This document shows positions 15,706-24,000 of a stretch of DNA of 24,000 bases, piece by piece; position 1 is the stretch's first letter; every line of letters starts with the position of its first letter. Origin of the DNA: an uncultured Actinomycetota bacterium (GTDB lineage: Bacteria > Actinomycetota > Actinomycetes > Jiangellales > Jiangellaceae); the NCBI GenBank assembly GCA_963794465.1, contig CAWCED010000009.1, positions 22,518 to 46,517 of the forward strand, given 5' to 3'. A program made the position numbers and the translations under genes. Below the pieces are notes generated by a model. That model saw only the letters and a program-made list of their open reading frames with translations. It was not told the origin of the DNA and made no database searches.

Positions 15706-16635
15706 TCAGCTCGTCCGCAGTCCGGGGTCGAGCTCGGCGCGCCCGAGATCTTCCCGGCGGGGGAGCGCGGGGATGACCTCGGGGCGGGCGACAACGTGGG
15801 CGCCGACCTGCGATGCGAAACGCGCCGCTTCGTCGACGGAGCGCCCACCGGCCAGCTCGACGGCAACGGCGGCGGTAAAGGCGTCGCCTGCACCGGTGGT
15901 ATCGACCACGGCGTCGGACTGGATGGGCGGGATGACGGTGAGACTCCTGTGGTCGCAGATCAGGGCACCCTCGGCGCCCCGGGTGAGAATGACGGTGGCG
16001 CCGCTGCGTTCGTGCAGCCGCGTGGCCAAGGTGTCGGTGCCCTCCGGACCATCGGGGTCGAGTCCGAGCAGGATCGCGGCCTCGGTGCGGTTGGGCGTGA
16101 GCAGATCGACGTCCTTCCAGCACTCGTCTGGAATTCGTTGCGCTGGAGCGGGATTGAGCAGGGTGAGCGTCCCTGCCTCGTGGGCCAAGCGAAGGGTAGC
16201 GATGGCCGTCTCGAGAGGGATCTCGAGCGAGACGATGACGATGTCGGCCTCGGCCAACTGCGGCGAGAACGCCTCGACATGCTTCGGTCGGAGGTGTTCG
16301 AGGGCGCCGGTCGCTATGACGATGCGGTTTTCGCCACTGGGTTCGACGAGGATCAAGCCGACCATGGTCGACGCGGGTGCTGTCAGAGTGGCCGAGGCAT
16401 CAACGCCCTCTGTCGTCCAGAGCTCGCGAGCGCCGTGGCCCATGGCATCGTCGCCGACAGCGGTCAGGAACACGACGTCGGCGCCGAGCCGCCGGGCGGC
16501 TACCGCCTGGTTCGAGCCCTTGCCGCCATGGCCCGACACGAACTCGCCGCCGAGCAGGGTCTCGCCGGCAACGGGGAGCCTCGGAAGTCGCATGGTCATG
16601 CCAATCCCGTAACTACCAACTACCGCGATCCGCAT
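15706..16635 (-). CDS. rbsK: Ribokinase-family (PfkB) sugar kinase; ribokinase or deoxyribokinase
   Basis: GGKGSNQAVAA, LNPAP, TPNRTEA and DTTGAGDAF match ribokinase signatures. ATG at 16635 with GAGGGGG 6 nt upstream. Ribose versus deoxyribose specificity cannot be read from the sequence. Confidence 0.87.
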   Translation of the reverse strand: MRIAVVGSYGIGMTMRLPRLPVAGETLLGGEFVSGHGGKGSNQAVAARRLGADVVFLTAVGDDAMGHGARELWTTEGVDASATLTAPASTMVGLILVEPSGENRIVIATGALEHLRPKHVEAFSPQLAEADIVIVSLEIPLETAIATLRLAHEAGTLTLLNPAPAQRIPDECWKDVDLLTPNRTEAAILLGLDPDGPEGTDTLATRLHERSGATVILTRGAEGALICDHRSLTVIPPIQSDAVVDTTGAGDAFTAAVAVELAGGRSVDEAARFASQVGAHVVARPEVIPALPRREDLGRAELDPGLRTS

Positions 16636-16683
16636 CGGCGGCCCCCTCGAGTATGGGCAACAATCGGCACGAGTTGTGGTGCA

Positions 16684-18273
16684 TCAGAACGCGGCGGGTG
16701 GCTCGTAGACGCCCCAGACCTCGCGTAACGCGTCGCATACTTCACCGACCGTCGCACGGGCAGCGAGCGCATGCTTCATCGGGTACAGCACGTTGTCGCG
16801 CCCAGACGCGGCATCGCGTAACGCGTCGAGAGTCCGCTTCACGTCGTCATGTGACCGCGCTGCCCGAAGCGACTCCAGCCTCCGGACCTGGTTCTCCTCG
16901 ATCGCCGGGTCGACCCGCAGCGGCTCGTACGGCTCGTCCTCCTCGGTCGTGAACCGATTCACGCCGACGACGACACGCTCACCCGAATCGATCTCACGGG
17001 CAATCGCGTACGCAGACCGCTCGATCTCGCCCTTCTGGAATCCACGCTCGATGGCGTGGACGGCACCGCCGAGTTCCTCGACCTGCGCCATCAGGTCCAG
17101 CGCGGCCTCCTCGAGGTCGTCGGTCAGTGACTCGACGGCGTATGACCCGGCGAACGGATCGACCGTCCGAGTCACATCCGTCTCGTGCGCGAGGACCTGC
17201 TGGGTCCGCAGTGCCAGGCGGGCGGCCTTCTCCGTGGGCAGCGCGATCGCCTCGTCGTATGAGTTCGTGTGCAACGACTGGGTACCACCGAGCACTGCAG
17301 CCAGACTTTGCACCGCCACCCGAACCAGGTTGACCTCCGGCTGCTGCGCGGTGAGCTGAACGCCTGCGGTCTGGGTATGGAGGCGGAGCATCTGCGAGCG
17401 GGGATCCCGCGCACCGAACTCGTCGCGCATGATGCGCGACCACATCCGGCGCGCAGCACGGAACTTGGCTACCTCCTCGAGCAGCGTCGTCCGGGAGACG
17501 AAAAAGAACGACAACCGGGGGGCGAACTCGTCGACGCCGAGGCCTGCGGCCACCGCGGCCCGGATGTACTCGCGGCCGTTGGCGAGGGTGAAGGCGACTT
17601 CCTGCACGGGCGTCGCGCCGGCCTCGGCCATGTGGTAACCGGAGATCGAGATCGTGTTCCAGCGCGGCAGTTCCTTGCGGCAGTAGGCGAAGATGTCGCT
17701 GGTCAGCCGGAGCGACTCCATCGGGGGATAGATGTACGTGCCCCGGGCGATGTACTCCTTGAGCACGTCGTTCTGGGTCGTGCCGGTCAGGCGGGTCCCG
17801 TCGACACCCTGTTCATCCGCGACGAGCTGATAGAGCAGAAGCAGGATCGCGGCAGGGGCGTTGATCGTCATGGACGTCGACACTCGGTCGAGCGGGATCC
17901 CGTGGAAGAGCAGGCGCATGTCTTCCAACGAGTCGATGGCCACGCCGACCTTGCCGACCTCACCATGCGCCGCTGGGGCGTCGGAGTCGAAGCCCATCTG
18001 GGTCGGCAGGTCGAACGCTACCGACAGTCCGCCGGTGCCGGCGGCTACGAGTTGGTGATAACGCTGGTTGGACTCAGCGGCCGTGCCGAAACCCGCGTAC
18101 TGCCGCATCGTCCACGGGCGGCCGGTGTACATCGTCGAATAGACACCACGGGTGAAGGGAAATTCACCCGACGGGCCCAGACGCTCGTCCGGATCCCAGT
18201 CCGTGAGCGCCTCCGGGCCGTAAACCGGCTCGAACGGCAGACCGGACTCGGTGTGGTCGCTCGGGTCGGTCAT
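16684..18273 (-). CDS. Adenosylcobalamin-dependent acyl-CoA mutase, large (substrate-binding TIM-barrel) subunit only
   Basis: [94 protein letters not shown] and FAPRLSFFF are present. At 529 aa it ends before any B12-binding (DxHxxG) domain. The ATG at 18273 has no obvious SD, and the upstream 28 codons of the ORF overlap the preceding gene. Confidence 0.9.
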   Translation of the reverse strand: MTDPSDHTESGLPFEPVYGPEALTDWDPDERLGPSGEFPFTRGVYSTMYTGRPWTMRQYAGFGTAAESNQRYHQLVAAGTGGLSVAFDLPTQMGFDSDAPAAHGEVGKVGVAIDSLEDMRLLFHGIPLDRVSTSMTINAPAAILLLLYQLVADEQGVDGTRLTGTTQNDVLKEYIARGTYIYPPMESLRLTSDIFAYCRKELPRWNTISISGYHMAEAGATPVQEVAFTLANGREYIRAAVAAGLGVDEFAPRLSFFFVSRTTLLEEVAKFRAARRMWSRIMRDEFGARDPRSQMLRLHTQTAGVQLTAQQPEVNLVRVAVQSLAAVLGGTQSLHTNSYDEAIALPTEKAARLALRTQQVLAHETDVTRTVDPFAGSYAVESLTDDLEEAALDLMAQVEELGGAVHAIERGFQKGEIERSAYAIAREIDSGERVVVGVNRFTTEEDEPYEPLRVDPAIEENQVRRLESLRAARSHDDVKRTLDALRDAASGRDNVLYPMKHALAARATVGEVCDALREVWGVYEPPAAF

Positions 18274-18298
18274 GCACACACGGTAGTGAGCGTTGGCG

Positions 18299-18862
18299 CT
18301 AGGCGACTGCGTGGACGGTCGTCTGGCCGTCAGCGCGGACGACGAGGAACCGCTCACCGGCGGTGACCCGCCCTTTGGTGCGCAGGATGTGCCGGCCGGA
18401 ATCCAACGGCCCGCTGTGCACCCGCTCCTCGTGCGCCCGGTACAGGGGGTCGAGGCGATGCAGGTCGACGGTGACGTCGGCGGCCCTTCTCAGCGTCAGC
18501 ATGACTCTCCGGTCACCGGGCTCGATACCTGCCGCGGAGACGATTCGTGACTCCCGTCTCGGCGTACTGAGCGCTTCTTGAATCTGGGCCACGAGCAGTG
18601 GCGTGATCGGTGCCAGCCCTTCGACCACTCGCAACGACGGATTACGTGCCCGAAGTGCGTTGACGATGCTCTCACGGCGAGCGCCGGTGACCGCCCGGCC
18701 GAGCGCCACCACGTCGACCAGACTGGCATCGACGTGGTTGGACACCCGGTCGACGTCGGTTTCCTGGCTGACCTGCAGGCCCTCCCGCCGCAGGGCATCG
18801 GCGAGCCGATTGAGGACCCGGGCCCGCTTTCCGACGAGCAGGACCCGACCGGTCGTCGCCAC
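18299..18862 (-). CDS. Hypothetical two-domain protein (N-terminal alpha/beta flavodoxin-like region, C-terminal beta-rich region)
   Basis: GTG at 18862 is preceded by GAGGAGGAG 4-5 nt upstream. From that point the translation looks like a real protein ([31 protein letters not shown]...VDVVALG...LRVVEG...; C-terminal VTVDLHRLD...[19 protein letters not shown]). The upstream 124 codons of ORF 18299-19234 are Arg/Pro-rich and run across the sdhC start. The stop lies 25 nt before the mutase start. Confidence 0.65.
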   Translation of the reverse strand: MATTGRVLLVGKRARVLNRLADALRREGLQVSQETDVDRVSNHVDASLVDVVALGRAVTGARRESIVNALRARNPSLRVVEGLAPITPLLVAQIQEALSTPRRESRIVSAAGIEPGDRRVMLTLRRAADVTVDLHRLDPLYRAHEERVHSGPLDSGRHILRTKGRVTAGERFLVVRADGQTTVHAVA

Positions 18863-19126
18863 GACACTCCTCCTCGGACCCGGCACCGTCGGCGGGCTCG
18901 TACTCGATCTTGATCCGGTGGTCCCGGCCGCCGTAACCGGCGTCTCGGATCGTGAGACAAACACTCGAGTACGGGACCGAGCGCGGTCGCGTCGAGCGCG
19001 GACGTGCGGAGCCAGGATGACTACGATGATCGCAGGCTGGCGCATTCGTGCCCGGCCGCTCGGGCACTGCGCCGCCCCAACCGGCGGCCGGTCCCCGGGC
19101 CCCGACGCCGAGCGGAGGCGGACGGC
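18863..19126. promoter_or_regulatory. Divergent intergenic control region (hypothetical/mutase leftward, sdhCDAB rightward)
   Basis: This 264-bp non-coding spacer lies between two well-supported starts with strong SDs. It contains the palindrome ACTCGAGT (18963-18970), a 9-bp direct repeat CGAGCGCGG at 18978-18986 and 18993-19001, a TACGAT -10-like hexamer (19022-19027, plus strand) and a 7-bp-stem hairpin GTGCCCG-n6-CGGGCAC (19048-19067) in the putative sdhC leader. Confidence 0.4.
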
Positions 19127-19504
19127 ATGCCCAATGCACCGGCGGGCACCATCTACCGCGGCCGGGAAGGCATGTGGTCGTGGGTCGCCCACCGGATCAC
19201 CGGCGTCGGGATTTTCTTCTTCCTGTTCGCGCACGTCCTGGACACGGCGTTGGTCCGGGTCTCACCCGAGGTCTACAACGCTGTGATCGCGACCTACAAG
19301 AACCCCATCGTCGGCCTCATGGAGATCGGTCTGGTCGGTGCCGTGGTGTTCCACGCCCTCAACGGGTTGCGCATCGTGTTGGTCGACTTCTGGTTCCAGG
19401 GCCCGCGCTGGCAGCAACGGATGCTGTATGGCGTCGTCGGTTTCTGGGTCTTGTTGATGGTCCCGTTCACCATCCGCCACCTCATGCACGTCTTCGGGGA
19501 GTGA
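19127..19504 (+). CDS. sdhC: Succinate dehydrogenase cytochrome b subunit
   Basis: ATG at 19127 with GGAGG 8 nt upstream. 125 aa with three hydrophobic helices: RITGVGIFFFLFAHVLD, GLVGAVVFHALNGLRIVLVD (heme-ligand His context) and VVGFWVLLMVPFTIRH. It is first in the sdhCDAB order. Confidence 0.88.
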   Translation: MPNAPAGTIYRGREGMWSWVAHRITGVGIFFFLFAHVLDTALVRVSPEVYNAVIATYKNPIVGLMEIGLVGAVVFHALNGLRIVLVDFWFQGPRWQQRMLYGVVGFWVLLMVPFTIRHLMHVFGE

Positions 19505-19511
19505 GCGGCCG

Positions 19512-19949
19512 ATGACGACGATCTCCAGCCCGCGCAGTCCCTACCACCGCCCTGGTGCTCTGAACACCGAGCTCTACGCCTGGTTGTTCATGCGGGTGTC
19601 CGGAGTATTCCTGGTCGTATTGGTGTTCGGGCACCTGTTCGTCAACCTGGTCGCCGGCGAGGGCATCTCGGCGATCGACTTCGCGTTCGTCTCGGGCAAG
19701 TGGGCAAACCCGTTCTGGCAGGTCTGGGACCTGCTGATGTTGTGGCTCGCGATGGTCCACGGAACCAACGGCCTGCGCACGGTCATCAACGACTACGCCG
19801 AGCGCGACCAGACCAGGTTCTGGCTCAAGATGTTGCTCTACGTCGCGTCGGTCACCACGATCTTGATGGGCACGCTGGTCATCTTCACATTCGACCCGTG
19901 CCCGGCCGGTGAAGCTGCCGAGTTACTGCCGTCGTTCTGCCGGGCATAG
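19512..19949 (+). CDS. sdhD: Succinate dehydrogenase hydrophobic membrane anchor subunit
   Basis: 145 aa, starting 7 nt after the sdhC stop. Three helices are present: WLFMRVSGVFLVVLVFGHLFVN, VWDLLMLWLAMVHGTNGLRTVINDY and LLYVASVTTILMGTLVIF. Its position between sdhC and sdhA fits. Confidence 0.85.
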   Translation: MTTISSPRSPYHRPGALNTELYAWLFMRVSGVFLVVLVFGHLFVNLVAGEGISAIDFAFVSGKWANPFWQVWDLLMLWLAMVHGTNGLRTVINDYAERDQTRFWLKMLLYVASVTTILMGTLVIFTFDPCPAGEAAELLPSFCRA

Positions 19950-19961
19950 AGAGGCGCGGTC

Positions 19962-21703
<1,742 letters not shown>

Positions 21704-21704
<1 letters not shown>

Positions 21705-22498
21705 TGTCCACAGATCCGGCCTTCGACGCCTACCTGCCGGCCTCCCGCCAACCCGTGCCCGGCTCACAGGAGTTCAAGTGGGTCTCCAAGAGCGTCGACG
21801 TCACGCTTCGGATTCGTCGGTTCGACCCGGAGCGCGACACCGAGCCGCACTGGGAGAACTACACCGTCAACATGGAGCCCACCGACCGGCTCCTGGACGC
21901 ACTGCACAAGGTCAAGTGGGAAATCGACGGTTCGCTGACCTTCCGGCGCTCGTGCGCGCACGGCATTTGCGGCTCCGACGCGATGCGGATCAACGGACGT
22001 AACCGGCTCGCCTGCAAGACCCTGGTCAGAGACGTGAACCCGGAGTCGGAGATCACCATCGAGCCGATCAAGGGCCTGTCGGTACTCAAGGATCTGATTG
22101 TCGACATGGAGCCATTTTTCGAGGCTTATCGCTCCGTGATGCCGTACCTCGTCACGACCGGCAACGAGCCGACCCGCGAGCGCCTGCAGTCACCAGAGGA
22201 CCGGGAGCGATACGACGACACGACGAAGTGCATTCTCTGTGCGGCATGCACCACGTCCTGCCCCGTGTACTGGAACGACGGCCAGTACTTCGGACCGCAG
22301 GCGATCGTCGGCGCGCACCGGTTCATCTTCGACAGTCGCGACGAGGGTGCCGACGAGCGGCTGGAGATCCTCAACGATCGCGAGGGGGTCTGGCGCTGTC
22401 GGACCACCTTCAACTGCACCGAGGCCTGCCCGCGCGGGATCGAGGTCACCAAGGCGATCCAGGAGGTCAAGCGCGCCCTGATCTTCCGCCGGGTCTAG
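21704..22498 (+). CDS. sdhB: Succinate dehydrogenase iron-sulfur subunit
   Basis: Its start shares 1 nt with the sdhA stop (TGATG). The 2Fe-2S motif is CAHGICGSDAMRINGRNRLAC, with Asp at the third ligand position as in E. coli SdhB. The 4Fe-4S motif is CILCAACTTSCP and the 3Fe-4S motif is CRTTFNCTEACPRGI. Confidence 0.96.
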
Positions 22499-22506
22499 GA
22501 CGGCGG

Positions 22507-22531
22507 GCTCGGCGTGACGCTCACGCCGAGC
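22507..22531 (+). terminator. Candidate intrinsic terminator of sdhCDAB (hairpin without U-tract)
   Basis: A perfect 11-bp stem GCTCGGCGTGA / TCACGCCGAGC with a 3-nt loop begins 9 nt after the sdhB stop. It is followed by AACCACCAC with no U run, a form seen at operon ends in high-GC actinobacteria. Confidence 0.6.
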
Positions 22532-22607
22532 AACCACCACGGCCGCGCGTTACGCTAGACGCTTGTCTCATCCCTCAATGACACATCAGCCGAGGAGAGA
22601 CGGCAGC

Positions 22608-23669
22608 ATGACCTCGCAGGTCATCGTTGGCCTCGACAATGGTGGCACTGCTAACAACGCCACGATCCTCGACGCCTCGGGACGATTTCTCGTCGATCGG
22701 CTCATCGAGACGCCTAGTCGCGTCCAAGAAGGGCCAGCCGCCGCCGTCAACGCCCTCGTCCAAGCGCTGGACCATGTCCTCGAGCTCACTGGCACGGCAA
22801 GGGCATCGGTACGCGCTGTGGGGCTGGACACCCCCGGCCCCGCCAACGCGGAAGGCGTCATCTCGTCCAAGGGGTCCACCAACTTCTCTCACCCGGCTTG
22901 GCGCGGGTTCGACGTTCGCACGGCGCTGGAAGGCCGTCTGCAACTACCCGTCGTCTACAACAACGACGCCAACGCTGCTGCGTTGTATGCCCACCATGTG
23001 CGCTACGGGCCTGATGCAGGCCAGCACTCCTCGATCTCGGCGATCGTGGGCACCGGTCTCGGCGGTGGAGTGATCGTGGCTGGTCAAGTCGTGCGAGGTG
23101 CCATTGGAATGGCCGGTGAACTGGGCCACGTTCCCATCCCGATGGAAGGGCTGCTGGCAGAGGGCCAGCCGCTCCCCCGCTGCAATTGCGGGTTCGTCGG
23201 TGATGCCGAGAGCGTCGCTTCCCTGACCGGGATCATGAACAACTTGTTGCCATACTGGCTGACCCGATTCGAAGGCCACGAACTCAGCAACGTCAAGCCA
23301 CTGGCGGAGGCAGCAAAGCTCGTCCGCAATTACGGCGAGCGAGGTGATCCGTTGGCACTGAGGATCTTCGAACAGCAGGCCATGGCGCTGGGACGGCTTT
23401 TCACCATCGCGGCCAACTTCACCGATCCGAGCACCTACTTCCTGGGTGGCGGTGTCGTGGAGACGACCCCGCGCTTTCGTGAGTGGTTCTTGACTAAAGT
23501 GCGTGAGCACACGGCGCTCCGCGAAGAACAGGTGCAAGTGGCGACCTTCGCTCTGGTGCCTGATCTGGACATGGCGGGCGCACGAGGGGCTGCAGTCGCC
23601 GCTCTCGAATCGCTCACGGGCTCTCGGGCCGTGCTGGGACGGCGTCCACAGGAACAACCCGCGACCTGA
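22608..23669 (+). CDS. ROK-family sugar kinase (substrate unknown; atypical zinc motif)
   Basis: ATG at 22608 with GAGGAGAG ~8 nt upstream. VGLDNGGT is the phosphate-1 loop. YNNDANAAAL, VGTGLGGGV, GMAGELGH and CNCGFVGDAES are ROK signatures. GDPLALRIFEQQAMALGRL and YFLGGGV are also present. Confidence 0.85.
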   Translation: MTSQVIVGLDNGGTANNATILDASGRFLVDRLIETPSRVQEGPAAAVNALVQALDHVLELTGTARASVRAVGLDTPGPANAEGVISSKGSTNFSHPAWRGFDVRTALEGRLQLPVVYNNDANAAALYAHHVRYGPDAGQHSSISAIVGTGLGGGVIVAGQVVRGAIGMAGELGHVPIPMEGLLAEGQPLPRCNCGFVGDAESVASLTGIMNNLLPYWLTRFEGHELSNVKPLAEAAKLVRNYGERGDPLALRIFEQQAMALGRLFTIAANFTDPSTYFLGGGVVETTPRFREWFLTKVREHTALREEQVQVATFALVPDLDMAGARGAAVAALESLTGSRAVLGRRPQEQPAT

Positions 23670-23716
23670 TGCTCCTTGTCGTACGGCGTTCGGTTGACGA
23701 GGGCATTCACTTGGAT

Positions 23717-23732
23717 CAGCGAAGTTTCGCTG
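23717..23732. terminator. Weak hairpin in the convergent ROK / helicase intergenic gap
   Basis: CAGCGA-AGTT-TCGCTG is a 6-bp stem with a 4-nt loop in the 67-bp space between two convergent stop codons. There is no U-tract on either strand. Confidence 0.25.
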
Positions 23733-23736
23733 GACG

Positions 23737-24000
23737 CTAGAGCTTGACCACAGGGGCGTAGCGCAGGAGCAGCGTCTTCAAGCCGGATGCGCCGAAGTCG
23801 ACGGTGGCTTGGGCGTGCTCGCCGGATCCAAACGTGGCAACCACAGTCCCCAGCCCGAACGCGTCGTGGGTGACCCGGTCCCCGGCAGAGAGAACGGGGA
23901 TCGGCCGCTCGGGCGGTCGGGCCGTCGGCGTCGTGCGCTGAGACGAGAGCGGGCGGTCCGGTCGGGACGCCCACCGGGTCTGCTCAGCCTCGGTCCGCTG
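23737..24000 (-). CDS. pcrA: ATP-dependent DNA helicase PcrA/UvrD family, C-terminal tail only (gene continues beyond window)
   Basis: This ORF is not in the ORF track because it runs off the edge. Manual minus-strand translation from the TAG stop (23737-23739) gives ...GDRVTHDAFGLGTVVATFGSGEHAQATVDFGASGLKTLLLRYAPVVKL*. That matches the conserved C-terminal domain of actinobacterial PcrA/UvrD1, as I recall it, preceded by a Pro/Arg/Thr-rich linker. The frame stays open to nt 24000. Confidence 0.8.
   Translation of the reverse strand, partial: QRTEAEQTRWASRPDRPLSSQRTTPTARPPERPIPVLSAGDRVTHDAFGLGTVVATFGSGEHAQATVDFGASGLKTLLLRYAPVVKL

Noticed and set aside
14951-16612. 553-aa plus-strand ORF, and 354-aa ORF 15664-16728, antisense to the aldolase and ribokinase genes
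   Set aside because: The sequence is low-complexity (runs of R, A, S, G, P) with no motifs. The minus-strand genes carry clear PfkB and DeoC signatures and proper SD/start contexts.
17269-18366. 365-aa plus-strand ORF antisense to the mutase gene
   Set aside because: Arg/Gly/His-rich with no motifs. The mutase on the minus strand is unambiguous over its whole length.
18863-19126. Cobalamin riboswitch upstream of the hypothetical/mutase unit
   Set aside because: I could not find a B12-box-like core (e.g. a GCCACUG-type element) on the minus strand. B12 riboswitches normally control transport, biosynthesis or B12-independent isozymes, not B12-dependent mutases.
18863-19234. N-terminal 124 codons of minus-strand ORF 18299-19234, which would make a 311-aa protein overlapping the sdhC start
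   Set aside because: That part is Arg/Pro/Ala-rich and runs across the sdhC SD and start. A GTG with an excellent GAGGAGGAG SD at 18862 marks where protein-like sequence begins.
23435-23974. 179-aa minus-strand ORF listed in the track, overlapping the ROK gene's 3' end
   Set aside because: It is Arg/Pro-rich nonsense. A different minus-strand frame, open to the window edge, gives the conserved PcrA/UvrD C-terminal sequence ending …LLLRYAPVVKL*, which is the real gene.

Overview
This is a high-GC, Actinomycetota-like chromosomal segment, densely packed with 25 protein-coding genes (two truncated by the window edges). I recognise no rRNA, tRNA, CRISPR array, transposase, integrase or phage gene.

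Gene content, left to right:
1. A lower-GC three-gene surface-glycan cassette: a pyruvyl transferase, an ABC-exporter-like membrane domain with no ATPase, and a GT2 glycosyltransferase. It sits 10 bp from pta-ackA.
2. A convergent, 44-bp-overlapping pair: an AhpD/CMD-like gene and an alpha/beta hydrolase.
3. An ~11.7 kb minus-strand block (18862 down to 7121):
   - a 187-aa hypothetical protein plus a B12-type acyl-CoA mutase large subunit;
   - a ribokinase-family kinase, a DeoC-like aldolase and a nucleoside hydrolase;
   - a BMP lipoprotein, dual-NBD ATPase and two permeases, then cdd and deoA, chained by four ATGA start/stop overlaps.
4. sdhCDAB, transcribed divergently from that block across a 264-bp spacer.
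5. A ROK-family kinase.
6. The 3' tail of a PcrA/UvrD helicase, found by manual translation because it is not in the ORF track.

Most of this is ordinary core metabolism, and I see no convincing novel multi-gene system.

The best leads are modest:
- the uncharacterised two-domain protein just upstream of a mutase large subunit that has no B12-binding partner in the window;
- the orphan ABC-type membrane domain in the lower-GC glycan cassette;
- possible leaderless promoters for pta and the CMD gene;
- a divergent DeoC-like aldolase and a ROK kinase with a Cys-to-Asp zinc-motif variant.

All functional calls rest on motif recognition by eye and were not checked by database search.
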